A DNA stretch of 64,000 nt, from assembly GCA_963713825.1 (NCBI GenBank), contig CAVQNG010000003.1, forward strand, positions 1,536,001 through 1,600,000, read 5' to 3'. Positions 29,292 through 40,257 of the stretch are shown one piece after another. How positions within the stretch are numbered: the stretch's first letter is position 1; the number at the start of each line of letters is the position of its first letter. Under the pieces are notes generated by a model. That model was given only the letters and a program-made list of their open reading frames with translations. It was not told where the DNA came from and ran no database searches. The stretch is from an uncultured Acidobacteriota bacterium. Its GTDB lineage: Bacteria; Acidobacteriota; Thermoanaerobaculia; Multivoradales; JAHEKO01. The position numbers and the translations under genes were made by a program.

Positions 29292-30754
29292 GGGTGGCAG
29301 AGATCATCGAAGGCATGGCTGTCCAAAGTTCGTCGGGCGCCGATCCGGAAGTAACGGGAATCACCTGTAATTCCAGACAGGTCAAGCCTGGTGACCTCTT
29401 CGTGGCCCTGACGGGCCAGCGGTTCGACGGTCGAGTGTTCGTGCCCGGCGCGATCGAGCGTGGAGCCGTCGCGATCCTGGCCGCAGGAGGTCCGCCGGCA
29501 GAGTTCGAGGGACTGTGGTTGACGGCGGCCGAGCCCAGATGGTTGATGGGTCCGATCGCTGCCAGGGTCTACGACCATCCGGAGCGCGATCTCTTGATCA
29601 CCGGGGTGACGGGGACCAATGGCAAGTCCACGCTGGTGCATCTGATGGAAGCCATTCTGAATGCCGCTGGCATTCCGAGTGGATGCATGGGGACGCTGGG
29701 GTATCGATTCGAGGATCAGATCTATCCGGGAGAGCGCACGACGCCGGAGTCGGCGGATCTCTACAGGACTTTCCGGAAGATGCGCGACGCTGGTGCCGAA
29801 GCGGTCTGCATGGAGGTCTCCTCGCACGGGCTCGAGCAGGGAAGAGTCGAGGGTTTGCGCTTCGACCTGGCCATCTTCACCAACCTGTCACGGGATCACT
29901 TCGACTTCCACAACGGCTTCGAGGACTACTTCGCCGCCAAGCGCAAGCTGTTTGAAAAACTGAAGCCCGATGGCTGGGCTGCGATCAATCTCGACGACCC
30001 CTATGGCAGTCGCATGGCGGCCGGGCTGTCGCAGGTTGTCACCTATGGCAAGCAAGGGGATGTTCGAGTACTCGAGGCCGAGTTGGACTCTGAGGGGATT
30101 CGGGCCAACCTGGCGACGCCGCGCGGCCCCTTGAGCATCCAATCGCCGCTCTTGGGTAGTTACAACCTCGAAAATCTCCTGGCAGCGGTGGCCGGGAGCG
30201 AGGCCCTCGGATTGCCCGCCGAAGCTGTGGTTCGAGGGCTTGCCGGTCGCCCCCCTCTGTCGGGTCGTATGGAGCCGATCGAGTGTGGCCAGCCCTTTCC
30301 CGTGCTACTCGACTACGCCCATACCGACGCCGCCCTCGAGGCCGCGCTTCGATCCCTCAAGGACTTCTCGAAGAGAAAGATTCTTCTGGTATTCGGCTGC
30401 GGCGGCGATCGAGACACCGGCAAGCGCCTCCTGATGGGCAGAGTTGCGGGGAGATTGGCTGATTTTTCGATCATTACGTCGGACAACCCGCGCCGCGAGG
30501 ATCCGCTGGCCATCATTGCCAGCATCGAGGAGGGCATCAAGGACAGCGGCGCCAGTGAGTATCGGATCCTGCCGGACCGTCGGGAGGCGATCCGCAAGGC
30601 CGTCGGTCAGGCGGACTCCGACTGGGCAATCCTGCTGGCCGGCAAGGGACACGAGGAAGTGCAGATCCTGGGTGATCAAGAGCTGCCCTTCTCGGACCGT
30701 CAAGAAATGCGGCGAGCTTTGGAGGATCGTTTTGGTTCAGGGAAGACTGGGTGA
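29288..30754 (+). CDS. murE: UDP-MurNAc-tripeptide synthetase
   Basis: GVTGTNGKS, MEVSSH, DYAHT, and DNPR (meso-DAP-type motif). Confidence 0.96.
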   Translation: MRVAEIIEGMAVQSSSGADPEVTGITCNSRQVKPGDLFVALTGQRFDGRVFVPGAIERGAVAILAAGGPPAEFEGLWLTAAEPRWLMGPIAARVYDHPERDLLITGVTGTNGKSTLVHLMEAILNAAGIPSGCMGTLGYRFEDQIYPGERTTPESADLYRTFRKMRDAGAEAVCMEVSSHGLEQGRVEGLRFDLAIFTNLSRDHFDFHNGFEDYFAAKRKLFEKLKPDGWAAINLDDPYGSRMAAGLSQVVTYGKQGDVRVLEAELDSEGIRANLATPRGPLSIQSPLLGSYNLENLLAAVAGSEALGLPAEAVVRGLAGRPPLSGRMEPIECGQPFPVLLDYAHTDAALEAALRSLKDFSKRKILLVFGCGGDRDTGKRLLMGRVAGRLADFSIITSDNPRREDPLAIIASIEEGIKDSGASEYRILPDRREAIRKAVGQADSDWAILLAGKGHEEVQILGDQELPFSDRQEMRRALEDRFGSGKTG

Positions 30755-32117
30755 GGCAGCCACGATCATGAAAGGAGAGATGATCTCCGGCTCTGCGGCC
30801 GCCACGTGGCGAGGCGCCACCCTCGACTCACGGCAGGTGACCGGGGGAGAGCTGTTCTTCGCTCTCGCCGGCGAGCGCACTGACGGGCATCGCTTTGTCC
30901 GTCGAGCTCTCGAACTGGGTGCGGCTGCTGCGATCGTCCAACGCGAGATCGAGATTCCTGCAGGCGAAGGAGCGATCCGGGTGCCCGACACCCTCGAAGC
31001 CCTCCACAGATTGACTCGGGAGGTTCGGACGCGCGAGCCGCGCCAGTTGGTCGGAATCACAGGCTCGGCTGGCAAGACCACCACCAAGGAGCTTCTCGCT
31101 GCCATGCTGGGCCGGCAGTTTCGCGTTGCCCGCAACCCGGGCAGCCTGAACAACACCCTGGGATTTCCGGTGGCCCTGCTGGGCATACCCGAGGGTACCG
31201 AGTGGATGGTGGCCGAGATGGGGATGTCCACCCCGGGAGAGCTCCGGCAGGTGAGCTGGTTGGGTAAGCCCGACGTGGCTGTCTTCCTCAATGTCCGCCC
31301 CGTTCACCTGGAAGCCTTCGGCACCGTGGAGGCCATTCGAGAGGCCAAGGCTGAGCTGCTCGACGGACTCGCCGAGGACGGTCTGGTCGTTGCCAACCAG
31401 GACGACGAGCACGTCGTGGAGATCGCTCGCCGCCATTCGGGTCGGTTGGTGTGGTTCGGGCGGCAGGAGGCTGCGGACTACCGTGTCGAGGATGTCGTGG
31501 CACTGACGAATGGCCGGGTCGGTAGCCGATTCAACCTGGTGGCTTCCGAGGAGGTCGTGCAGGTCGAGTTGCCGATGCATGGCCTCTACAACGTCGACAA
31601 CTTCCTTGCTGCGGCGGCCTGCGCGCATACCCTCGGCGTACCGCTGTCCGACCTTGCCGAGGCCGTGCAGGGTGTCGAGCCACCTCCCATGCGTGGTGTG
31701 GTGTATCGACTGGCTGACGACTCCACGGTTGTGGACGACTGCTACAACTCCAACCCGGAAGCGCTGACCGAGGCTCTGCAGAGCGCCCTCGAAATTCCTG
31801 GAGAACGTCATTGGGCGATCCTGGGTGACATGTTGGAACTTGGTGAAGCCGCTGAGGGCTTCCACCGACGAGCTGGAGAAACAGCGGCGGAGCTTGGATT
31901 CTCGCCGATCGTGGGAGTCGGGCCCTTGGCGCAAAGGATCGCCGAGGGGGCTCGGAGCGTGGGAGCCGAGAGCCGGTGGTACGCGGATGCGGAGGCGGCC
32001 GCCGTCGAGGTCGATCGGCTTCGAGCCGGAGACACCCTGTTGGTGAAGGGCTCGCGGGGCGTGGGTTTGGAGGTTGTTGTACAAGCGCTGCTGGCAGCGG
32101 CGGAGGTGGTGGGCTGA
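30732..32117 (+). CDS. murF: UDP-MurNAc-pentapeptide synthetase
   Basis: [38 protein letters not shown]; TTG start with GGAGG SD. Confidence 0.95.
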   Translation: MVQGRLGEAATIMKGEMISGSAAATWRGATLDSRQVTGGELFFALAGERTDGHRFVRRALELGAAAAIVQREIEIPAGEGAIRVPDTLEALHRLTREVRTREPRQLVGITGSAGKTTTKELLAAMLGRQFRVARNPGSLNNTLGFPVALLGIPEGTEWMVAEMGMSTPGELRQVSWLGKPDVAVFLNVRPVHLEAFGTVEAIREAKAELLDGLAEDGLVVANQDDEHVVEIARRHSGRLVWFGRQEAADYRVEDVVALTNGRVGSRFNLVASEEVVQVELPMHGLYNVDNFLAAAACAHTLGVPLSDLAEAVQGVEPPPMRGVVYRLADDSTVVDDCYNSNPEALTEALQSALEIPGERHWAILGDMLELGEAAEGFHRRAGETAAELGFSPIVGVGPLAQRIAEGARSVGAESRWYADAEAAAVEVDRLRAGDTLLVKGSRGVGLEVVVQALLAAAEVVG

Positions 32118-33205
32118 TGCTGTTTCATCTGCTCTATCCCCTCGCCGAGCAGTACCCGGTGTTCAATGTCTTTCGGTACATCACTTTCCGCACGGCGGGT
32201 GCGGTCGTGACGGCGGTCCTACTGTCACTCTGGTTGGGCCCCTGGTTCATTCGAATGCTGCGCCGACTGTCGATCGGTCAGAACATCCGCGACGTAGGGC
32301 CGGAGCGACATCAGGTCAAGGCTGGCACTCCGACCATGGGTGGGCTGCTGATTCTCTTCTCGGTGCTGCTCCCGACACTGCTGTGGGCCAACCTGGCCAA
32401 CCCCTTCGTTTGGTTGGCAGTCGGAGTGATGACGGGTTTTGGCGCCATCGGGTTCCTGGATGACTACCTGAAGATCCGACGCCGACAGAATGAAGGCCTG
32501 TCCGTGCGGTTGAAGCTGATGCTGCAGATCCTGGTCGCGGTGGGGGCCGGAGTCGCCGTGTTGTCCCTACCCGAGTCTTTCGGTTTCGAAGGCACGATCG
32601 CATTTCCCTTCTTCAAGCGAGCCGTCTACAGCCTGGGCCTCCTCTACGTGCCGTTTGTGGCCGTTGTCCTGGTTGGATCGTCCAATGCGGTCAACCTGAC
32701 GGATGGGCTCGACGGATTGGCGATTGGCGCCACGCTCATCGCCGCTGCAACATACGTGATCTTCACTTACATAGCGGGCAATTCGGTGGTCGCCGGCTAC
32801 CTGCAGGTGCCGTATGTCAGGGGCGTGGGCGAAGTGGCTGTGTTTTGTGGTGCCCTGGTGGGTGCGAGCCTCGGCTTCCTGTGGTTCAACTCCCACCCGG
32901 CGGAAGTCTTCATGGGAGACGTGGGCTCGCTGGCTATTGGCGGCGCCATCGGCATGGTGGCCGTGCTCTCGAAGCAGGAAGTAGTCCTGCTGTTGGTCGG
33001 AGGACTGTTCGTCATCGAGGCCCTGTCGGTGATCATCCAGGTCGGATTCTTCAAGGCTAGTGGGGGGCGGCGAGTATTTCGCATGGCCCCGTTGCATCAC
33101 CATTTCGAGTTGAGCGGCTGGGCGGAGCCCAAGATCATTGTCCGTTTCTGGATTCTGTCTGTCTTGTTCGCACTGATCGGTTTGTCGACGTTGAAGTTGA
33201 GATAG
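32117..33205 (+). CDS. mraY: Phospho-MurNAc-pentapeptide transferase
   Basis: [41 protein letters not shown]. Confidence 0.97.
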   Translation: MLFHLLYPLAEQYPVFNVFRYITFRTAGAVVTAVLLSLWLGPWFIRMLRRLSIGQNIRDVGPERHQVKAGTPTMGGLLILFSVLLPTLLWANLANPFVWLAVGVMTGFGAIGFLDDYLKIRRRQNEGLSVRLKLMLQILVAVGAGVAVLSLPESFGFEGTIAFPFFKRAVYSLGLLYVPFVAVVLVGSSNAVNLTDGLDGLAIGATLIAAATYVIFTYIAGNSVVAGYLQVPYVRGVGEVAVFCGALVGASLGFLWFNSHPAEVFMGDVGSLAIGGAIGMVAVLSKQEVVLLLVGGLFVIEALSVIIQVGFFKASGGRRVFRMAPLHHHFELSGWAEPKIIVRFWILSVLFALIGLSTLKLR

Positions 33206-33207
33206 AG

Positions 33208-34563
33208 ATGAGCTCCGCAGCGGAAAACTGGCATCGCGCCCTGGTCTACGGCCTCGGAATCTCCGGCAAGGCCGCGGCTCGTCTGTTGCGATCGAGGGGT
33301 ATCGAAGTCGTAGGAGTGGATCGCCGAGGTGTCGAGGATCTGGATCTCGGTGAGTTGGCAGGTGATCCTGGCGTCGAGCTTCATCTCGGTCGAGAGCCCG
33401 AGGTGCTGCCCTCTGGCGTCGATGCAGTGGTCATCAGTCCTGGTGTACCGCCCGCGCAGCCGTTGCTGAAGGCGGCGCGGCAAGCCGGCCTCCCCGTCGT
33501 GGCGGAGATCGAGTTGGCCTCCTGGTATCTCAACGGTCCTATCGTTGGAATCACGGGCAGCAACGGTAAGAGCACCACGACAGCCCTGACGGGAGAGTTG
33601 CTCCGCGCCTCGGGATTCGACGTCGAGGTTTGTGGCAATATCGGGCTGCCGCTGAGTGCCTGTGTCGAAGGCGAGGCTGGGCGGATCTTCGTGACTGAGC
33701 TCTCCAGCTTCCAGCTGGAGGGTATCGACGGGCTCCGGCCACGAGCCGCAGCCCTCCTGAATCTGGCTGACGACCATCTCGATTGGCACGGCGGACAGCA
33801 AGGCTACTTTGCGGCCAAGGCAGCCATCTTCCGGAATCAGGCCGCCGACGATGCCGCTGTTCTCAACGCCGATGACTCCCGGGTCGTGAATCTCGATACG
33901 GCATCCCATCGTCGTGTCTTCTCTCGCCAGGCGCCGGTGGAGGACGGGTGCTACGTAGAGGGAGACATCGTTGTCGAGGTGGCCCCGGGTGAAGCGGCCA
34001 AGCCACTTTTCAGCTGCGACGACCTGGTCCTAGAAGGCGAGCACAATCTGGAGAACGCGATGGCAGCCGCGCTGCTGTCGAGGGCCATGGGAGCCGATGG
34101 CTCGGCGTTTCCGGCCGCCCTGGCGCTGTTTCGAGGTCTGCCGCATCGGCTGGAGAAGGTCGCGAGCCGACAGGGAGTGAAGTGGGTCGACGATTCCAAG
34201 GCGACCAACTTCGCAGCCGCACAGCGGTCCTTGGAGGGCTTTCCAGACAACAGTGTCCACATCATTCTCGGTGGCCGGAACAAAGGCGGCGACGCCACGG
34301 TGCTGTCAGACATCGCAGTACGCAAGGTCAAACGGGCCTACCTGGTCGGCGAAGCTGCGGAGGAGCTCGGTCGTGTGCTGGCTGGCAGTGTGCCGTGTCA
34401 GATGGTTGGGGACCTGTCGGGGGCGGTCGATGCGGCAGCGCAAAGAACCGTCGAAGGAGACGTCGTCCTGCTGTCCCCGGCCTGCGCCAGCTTCGATCAG
34501 TATCGGAGCTTCAATGAGCGTGGGGATCATTTCAAGCGGCTGGTGGAGGCCCTGAATGGCTAA
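33208..34563 (+). CDS. murD: UDP-MurNAc-L-Ala:D-Glu ligase
   Basis: GLGISG, GITGSNGKSTT, ELSSFQL, DDSKATN, LLSPACASFDQ. Confidence 0.96.
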   Translation: MSSAAENWHRALVYGLGISGKAAARLLRSRGIEVVGVDRRGVEDLDLGELAGDPGVELHLGREPEVLPSGVDAVVISPGVPPAQPLLKAARQAGLPVVAEIELASWYLNGPIVGITGSNGKSTTTALTGELLRASGFDVEVCGNIGLPLSACVEGEAGRIFVTELSSFQLEGIDGLRPRAAALLNLADDHLDWHGGQQGYFAAKAAIFRNQAADDAAVLNADDSRVVNLDTASHRRVFSRQAPVEDGCYVEGDIVVEVAPGEAAKPLFSCDDLVLEGEHNLENAMAAALLSRAMGADGSAFPAALALFRGLPHRLEKVASRQGVKWVDDSKATNFAAAQRSLEGFPDNSVHIILGGRNKGGDATVLSDIAVRKVKRAYLVGEAAEELGRVLAGSVPCQMVGDLSGAVDAAAQRTVEGDVVLLSPACASFDQYRSFNERGDHFKRLVEALNG

Positions 34564-35638
34564 GAAGCTGGCCTACGACAAGGTGCTCTTCACCACGGTC
34601 ATTCTGCTGGTGGGATTGGGACTGATCTCGGTCTACTCGGCCAGTGCGGCCTTTGCCCGGGATCAGGGTAGCGGCTGGAACATGTACCTCGCCAAGCAGA
34701 GCGTCGCTGCCGTCATCGGCCTCGTCGGAATGTGGATCTTGATGCACATCGACTATCGGCATTTCCGCCGTCCGCAGGTGTTGTATCCGATCCTGGTCGG
34801 CTCACTGGTACTTCTCGTGGCGAGCCTCTTCGGTCCGGAGCTCAACAACACACGTCGGTGGCTCTTCGTAGGGGGGGTGTCGATTCAGCCCTCGGAGCTG
34901 GCCAAGCTGGCGGTCATCGCCTTCGTTGCCTACCAGATCGAGCGCACCGAGGACCGTGATAGCCGAGAGTTGGTCTTGCCGGTGTGCCTGCTCCTGGGCC
35001 TGATGGCCAGTTTGATTCTGATGCAGCCCGATCTGGGTACGGCGGTGCTCCTGTGCGGCTCCACCGTGTTCATGCTTTTCCTGGCTGGTGTGCGCTGGAG
35101 CTACTTCGTGGGCGGCGCACTGGCCTTGCTGCCGGCACTCTGGTTGGCGGTCTACTCGGTGCCCTATCGCCGACAGCGATTCATGTCCTTTCTGAACCCC
35201 GATCTGGAGCCGCTGCGATCCGGGTATCAGGCGCGTCAATCGCTCATCGCCGTCGGGTCCGGAGGCCTGATGGGACGAGGGCTGGGGGAGAGCCTTCAGA
35301 AGCTCTACTTCTTGCCGTATCCGCACTCGGACTTCATCTACTCGATCATCTCCGAGGAGCTCGGGCTGATCGGTGCGGTCGGCGTACTGATGTTGTTCGG
35401 CATCTTGTTTTGGAGAGGTATTCGGGCCGGTGTCAAGGCACCGGATACATTCGGACGCTATCTGGCTTGGGGCATTGCGGGACTGATCACTCTTCAGGCG
35501 CTGATCCATATCAGCGTGGCACTAGCCTTGATGCCCACCAAGGGAATCCCGTTGCCGTTCATCTCGTACGGTGGCTCCTCCCTTGTTGTCTGCCTGGCCG
35601 GGTCCGGGGTACTGCTGAATGTGTCGCAACATGGATGA
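34556..35638 (+). CDS. ftsW: SEDS peptidoglycan polymerase FtsW
   Basis: IQPSELAK, QPDLGT, LPYPHSDFI, LPFISYGGSS. Confidence 0.96.
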   Translation: MAKKLAYDKVLFTTVILLVGLGLISVYSASAAFARDQGSGWNMYLAKQSVAAVIGLVGMWILMHIDYRHFRRPQVLYPILVGSLVLLVASLFGPELNNTRRWLFVGGVSIQPSELAKLAVIAFVAYQIERTEDRDSRELVLPVCLLLGLMASLILMQPDLGTAVLLCGSTVFMLFLAGVRWSYFVGGALALLPALWLAVYSVPYRRQRFMSFLNPDLEPLRSGYQARQSLIAVGSGGLMGRGLGESLQKLYFLPYPHSDFIYSIISEELGLIGAVGVLMLFGILFWRGIRAGVKAPDTFGRYLAWGIAGLITLQALIHISVALALMPTKGIPLPFISYGGSSLVVCLAGSGVLLNVSQHG

Positions 35639-35698
35639 GGGACTGGGGTCGAAGAGCCCGGTGGATGGTGAAGTTGGACTACGAACGGCGTGGAAACG

Positions 35699-36784
35699 AT
35701 GGCGAATGAGCATGCACTCATGGCTGGAGGCGGTAGTGGTGGACATGTGTTCCCCGCCCTGGCGGTCGCCGAGGAGCTGCGCCAACGGGGTTGGAAGGTG
35801 AGTTGGATGGGACGCATGTCGGGGATGGAGAGGGAGCTTGTCGAAGCCCATGGGCTGCCGTATCACGGCTTGCCGGCGAAGGCTGTCGTCGGCCGTGGAT
35901 GGACCCAGAAGGTGGGCGCTCTCGGAACCCTTGGAACCTCGTCCTGGCGAGCCCGCCAGAGGATTCGTGATCTACAGGCCGATGTGGTTTTGGGCACTGG
36001 TGGCTATGTCTCTGTACCAGGAGTTCTCGGTGCTGTCTTGAGCCAGCGCCCCATCGTTCTACTCGAACCGAATGCCGATGCCGGAGCGGCGAATCGATGG
36101 TTGTCGCGTTGGGCTTCCTCGGCCGCCGTCGCCCTTTCAGGAGTGGAGTCGCAGCTGCGTTGCCCCTCACGCGTAACGGGCGTGCCCGTTCGTCGGGAGT
36201 TCTTCGATGCTGGCGATCCCCGGTCTTTTGGTGGCCCAGTCCGCCTGCTGGTTCTTGGCGGTAGTCAGGGTGCGCGCCAGCTGAACGAATTGGTGCCGGC
36301 GGCCCTGAAGGTGCTCGGAGGCAGCCTGGGTGGTCTCGAAGTCGTCCATCAAACCGGCGAAGTGCTATTGGCAGAGGCGCAAGGCGCCTACCGGGAGAGC
36401 GAGCTCGGTACCGTCGATACACGGATCGTTCCCTTTCTGGACGACGTTGCTGGCGAGATGGCTGCCGCCGACCTGGTGATCTCACGAGCCGGTGCCATCA
36501 CGGTGGCCGAGATCTGCGCCGCGGGGCGGGCCGCATTGCTGGTGCCGCTGGCTCTGGCAGGCGGGCACCAGGTGGCGAACGCACGCCGATTGGAATCGAG
36601 CGGTGGCGCCGTCGTGTTGGAGCCCGAGGCGGCGGCAGCGGAAAGTCTCTCGCGGTTGCTGGCGTCGCTCCTCGAGGACCGACAGCAGCTTCGGACCATG
36701 GGTGACAAGCTGCGTGGGCTTGCCTGGCCTCGTGCCGCCGAATCCGTCGCTGACCTTCTGCAGCAAGCAGTGGAGGCTGCCTGA
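35699..36784 (+). CDS. murG: Lipid II GlcNAc transferase
   Basis: AGGGSGGHVFP, GGYVS, GGSQGA, SRAGA, HQVANA. Confidence 0.96.
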   Translation: MANEHALMAGGGSGGHVFPALAVAEELRQRGWKVSWMGRMSGMERELVEAHGLPYHGLPAKAVVGRGWTQKVGALGTLGTSSWRARQRIRDLQADVVLGTGGYVSVPGVLGAVLSQRPIVLLEPNADAGAANRWLSRWASSAAVALSGVESQLRCPSRVTGVPVRREFFDAGDPRSFGGPVRLLVLGGSQGARQLNELVPAALKVLGGSLGGLEVVHQTGEVLLAEAQGAYRESELGTVDTRIVPFLDDVAGEMAAADLVISRAGAITVAEICAAGRAALLVPLALAGGHQVANARRLESSGGAVVLEPEAAAAESLSRLLASLLEDRQQLRTMGDKLRGLAWPRAAESVADLLQQAVEAA

Positions 36785-38175
36785 TGTTCCGCCGCTTCAC
36801 CAATCTGGCCGCGGTCCACTTCATCGGTATCGGTGGTGCCGGCATGAGCGGCATAGCCGAGGTGCTTCTGGACTACGACCTGGAGGTGAGCGGTTGTGAT
36901 CAGTCCTTGAGCGAGACGACCGAGCGGCTGTCGAAGCTTGGGGTAACCATTCATCAGGGGCATTCTCCGGAGCATGTCGAGAGGGTCGATCTGGTCGTCA
37001 TCTCTTCGGCGGTATCGAAGGACAGCCCGGAGGTCGTGGCGGCCCGACGGAACAACATCACCGTGGTGCGGCGAGCCGAGATGCTGGGTGAGCTCATGCG
37101 GTTGAAGTACGGCATCGCGGTCGCCGGGACTCATGGCAAGACCACAACGACTTCCCTGATTGGCACGGTGTTGACAGAAGCGGGCCTGGATCCGACGGTC
37201 ATTGTCGGTGGCCGACTGCGAGTCTCCGGCACGGGCGCCCGCCTCGGGAAGAGCGAGTATCTGGTTGCCGAAGCCGACGAGTACGACCGCAGCTTTCTCC
37301 GGCTGCAGCCCATCGTCGCAGTAGTCACGTCAATTGATGAAGATCATCTGGACACGTATGCGAGCCTCGATGAGATCCGCGGTGCCTTCGTGACCTTTGC
37401 CGGCAAGGTGCCGTTCTTCGGGCAGGCCATTCTCTGCCTGGACGACGCCAACATTCAGGAGCTTCTACCACGGTTGAAGAAGGAGCACCGGGTCGTCACC
37501 TATGGACTCTCGCCTCAGGCCGATCTCAAAGCGACCGACTTCGAAAGCACTGCCTCTGGCTCGCGCTTCAACGTCGTCGATTCTCGCCAGGGTGAGTTGG
37601 GCACCGTCGAGCTGCCGATGCCGGGCTTGCACAACGTCCGCAACTCGCTGGCCGCAATCGCGGTGGCGCAGGCGATGGGAGTTCCCTTCGACAGTATCGC
37701 CCGGGCCCTGTCGGGCTTCTCGGGGGTGCACCGGAGGTTCGAGACCAGGGGTGTTTGGCGGGGTGCCAAGGTCATCGACGACTACGCGCATCATCCGACC
37801 GAGGTGACGGCGACTCTAGAGGCCGCCCGACAGGCATTCCCAGGCGCCGTCATTCATGCGGTCTTTCAACCCCACCTCTTCTCGCGAACGCGCCACCTGG
37901 CAGATGAGTTCGGCCGCTCGTTACTGGGCGCCGACAAGGCCGTTGTGACGAACATCTACCCGTCGAGGGAGCAGCCGGAGCCGGGAGTGACCTCTGATCT
38001 GGTGGTCGACGCGGCCAAGAGGAGCGGCCATCGTGACGTTCGGCTCTGTGCCGAGTGGCGAGAGGTTCCACCGATTCTGGCGGCCGACGTGCGAGAAGGA
38101 GACGTCATTCTGACGCTTGGTGCCGGCGATATCTACCGGCTCGCAGAGCTGCTCGTCGAGGAGGCTGCGGCATGA
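36784..38175 (+). CDS. murC: UDP-MurNAc:L-Ala ligase
   Basis: HFIGIGGAGMS, GTHGKTTT, EADEYDRSFL, DDYAHHPTE. Confidence 0.97.
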   Translation: MFRRFTNLAAVHFIGIGGAGMSGIAEVLLDYDLEVSGCDQSLSETTERLSKLGVTIHQGHSPEHVERVDLVVISSAVSKDSPEVVAARRNNITVVRRAEMLGELMRLKYGIAVAGTHGKTTTTSLIGTVLTEAGLDPTVIVGGRLRVSGTGARLGKSEYLVAEADEYDRSFLRLQPIVAVVTSIDEDHLDTYASLDEIRGAFVTFAGKVPFFGQAILCLDDANIQELLPRLKKEHRVVTYGLSPQADLKATDFESTASGSRFNVVDSRQGELGTVELPMPGLHNVRNSLAAIAVAQAMGVPFDSIARALSGFSGVHRRFETRGVWRGAKVIDDYAHHPTEVTATLEAARQAFPGAVIHAVFQPHLFSRTRHLADEFGRSLLGADKAVVTNIYPSREQPEPGVTSDLVVDAAKRSGHRDVRLCAEWREVPPILAADVREGDVILTLGAGDIYRLAELLVEEAAA

Positions 38176-38978
38176 GTCGGCAGGAGATCCAGGTGTCGAG
38201 CCCGAGTCCGTTTCGGCGGCGACGATTCGTGGCGCCGCACCGGCGGCGAAGTCCGCTGCTGATGCTGGCGCGACCCTTCCTGACCGCACTGCTGCTGGTC
38301 GGTCTGCCGGTTGCCGGCGGAGCGTGGGTCATAACGTCGCCGCGGTTCCTGCTCAGCAGTATCGAGGTCAGTGGCACGAGCCGGGTGCAGCCCTCCGAGG
38401 TCGGAGAGGCCCTCGAGCCTCTCCGGGGGAAGCATCTTCTGCTGGTCTCCCTGGCGGACGTCGAGAATCGACTGGCGGAGAACCGGTGGATCGAAGGTGC
38501 CAACCTGCGCAAGAGAATGCCCGACAGTCTCGTGGTGGAGATCAGGGAACGACAACCGGTCATGCTGTTGAGGCGCGAAGAAGGGCTCTTCTATGTCGAT
38601 CGCGGCGGCACGGTGATCGACCTCTACGATCCAGCCCGAGAGGCCGATCTGCTCCTGCTGAGTATCGGCACGGGTGCCAGATTGGAAGTGGAGCCGGCGC
38701 TCGCGGTCGCCGCCGAGTTGGAATTGGTGGCGCCGGACTGGGCGACGGGGCTGTCCGAGGTGGAGGTTCTGGGAGGCGGCGATTTCCGTCTATTCACGGC
38801 GGCGCTGCCGTTTCCGGTTTTGGTGAGCCTCGGCGGAGTCGGTAGGCAGGTGAGGAAATTCAGGGAAGTGATGCCCGAGATTACCCGACGCTATGATCGG
38901 GTGGCGGCGGTAGACCTTCGCTTTTCGCGTCAAATTGTCATTCAACCCGCGGTGGACCCGCGTAGTCAGGAGGGGTGA
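38172..38978 (+). CDS. ftsQ: Cell division protein FtsQ/DivIB
   Basis: TM, POTRA (IEVSG..WIE...LRKRMPD.L.VEIRER), VDLRF. Confidence 0.88.
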   Translation: MSRQEIQVSSPSPFRRRRFVAPHRRRSPLLMLARPFLTALLLVGLPVAGGAWVITSPRFLLSSIEVSGTSRVQPSEVGEALEPLRGKHLLLVSLADVENRLAENRWIEGANLRKRMPDSLVVEIRERQPVMLLRREEGLFYVDRGGTVIDLYDPAREADLLLLSIGTGARLEVEPALAVAAELELVAPDWATGLSEVEVLGGGDFRLFTAALPFPVLVSLGGVGRQVRKFREVMPEITRRYDRVAAVDLRFSRQIVIQPAVDPRSQEG

Positions 38979-38983
38979 GGCTT

Positions 38984-40225
38984 ATGCCCAAGGCGGACTC
39001 ATACATCGTTGCCATCGATATCGGTTCTTCGAAGATCGGAGTATTGATCGGGCAACGAGACGAGCGAGGAGATCTCGAAGTGGTGGGCAAGGGCGTCGCC
39101 ATCAACCGAGGGACCCGAAGAGGGAACATCGTCAACGTCGAGGCGACGGTCGATGCACTCAAGCAGGCCACCGAGGAAGCGGAGGTCATGGCAGGCATCG
39201 AGGTGTCGCGAGCCTATGTCGGCGTTGCCGGCACCGATATCCGCAGCATCAATTCACGCGGCATGGTGTCGGTGGCGAAAAAGGACCAGGATCGAGAGAT
39301 CACCCGGCAGGATATCGGCAGAGTGCTCGAGGCAGCGCAGTCGGCCGCTCTGCCGTCGGACCGCGAGGTCCTGCACGCGATCCCGCAGGACTTCATCGTC
39401 GACGAGCAGGGGGGAATTTCGGATCCCTTGGGAATGCTGGGAAGTCGTCTCGAGGTCGCCGTGCACCTCGTGACCGGCAATATCACCCGGCGCAAGACAC
39501 TGTTGACCTGCATCAATCGAGCTGGCATCGAGGTCATCGAGTTGATCTTCGAGCCCCTGGCAACGGCCGAGGCGGTTCTCATGCATGACGAGAGAGAGCT
39601 CGGGGCCCTGCTGCTGGATATCGGCAGTGGGACCACGGAGTATGCGGTCTTTGGTGACGGGGAAGTGCAGCACAGCGCGGTCCTGCCCGTGGGTGCCGGG
39701 CATTTCACCAACGACATCGCCATGGTTCTGCGTACGCCTTTCGCGGAGGCCGAGCAGATCAAGATCAAGCATGGCTGTTGTCTGAGCGGCATGGTGGGAG
39801 AGGAAGAGGGGATCTCGGTGCCAACCGTGGCTGGTGGTCCGCCCAGGGTCGTACCCAAGCGGGAGCTTTGCGGCATCCTGCAACCGCGAGCCGAGGAGAT
39901 GCTGACGCTGGTGCGGGACGACCTGAGCAAGTATGGGTTGGAAGAAACGCTGCGGGGCGGCCTGGTACTGACCGGTGGCGGTGCGCAGCTCGACGGCTAC
40001 CTCGAACTGGCGGAGCAGGTATTCAACTGCACGGTCCGCTATGGCCTGCCTCAGGGCCTGGGTGGTCTGGTGGACGTCATCAGCTCACCGACCTGGACGG
40101 CAGCCTCTGGCCTCCTGCTCTACGGTCGGAGCTCAGAAGACAGGCACAGTAGGACAGTCAACACAGGTTTCAGCGTGCGGGGAGTAGTGACCAGTCTCCG
40201 CAGTATGTTTTCGGATTTGCTGTAG
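38984..40225 (+). CDS. ftsA: Cell division protein FtsA
   Basis: [27 protein letters not shown]. Confidence 0.96.
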   Translation: MPKADSYIVAIDIGSSKIGVLIGQRDERGDLEVVGKGVAINRGTRRGNIVNVEATVDALKQATEEAEVMAGIEVSRAYVGVAGTDIRSINSRGMVSVAKKDQDREITRQDIGRVLEAAQSAALPSDREVLHAIPQDFIVDEQGGISDPLGMLGSRLEVAVHLVTGNITRRKTLLTCINRAGIEVIELIFEPLATAEAVLMHDERELGALLLDIGSGTTEYAVFGDGEVQHSAVLPVGAGHFTNDIAMVLRTPFAEAEQIKIKHGCCLSGMVGEEEGISVPTVAGGPPRVVPKRELCGILQPRAEEMLTLVRDDLSKYGLEETLRGGLVLTGGGAQLDGYLELAEQVFNCTVRYGLPQGLGGLVDVISSPTWTAASGLLLYGRSSEDRHSRTVNTGFSVRGVVTSLRSMFSDLL

Positions 40226-40257
40226 GAAGTAGAACCACCCGGAAGGAGAGCAAGAAG

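Noticed and set aside
30444-30731. Long N-terminal extensions in the ORF track (murF, mraY, ftsQ, 3568, 7479, 44462)
   Set aside because: They overlap upstream genes; downstream starts with SD or stop-start coupling fit family lengths better.
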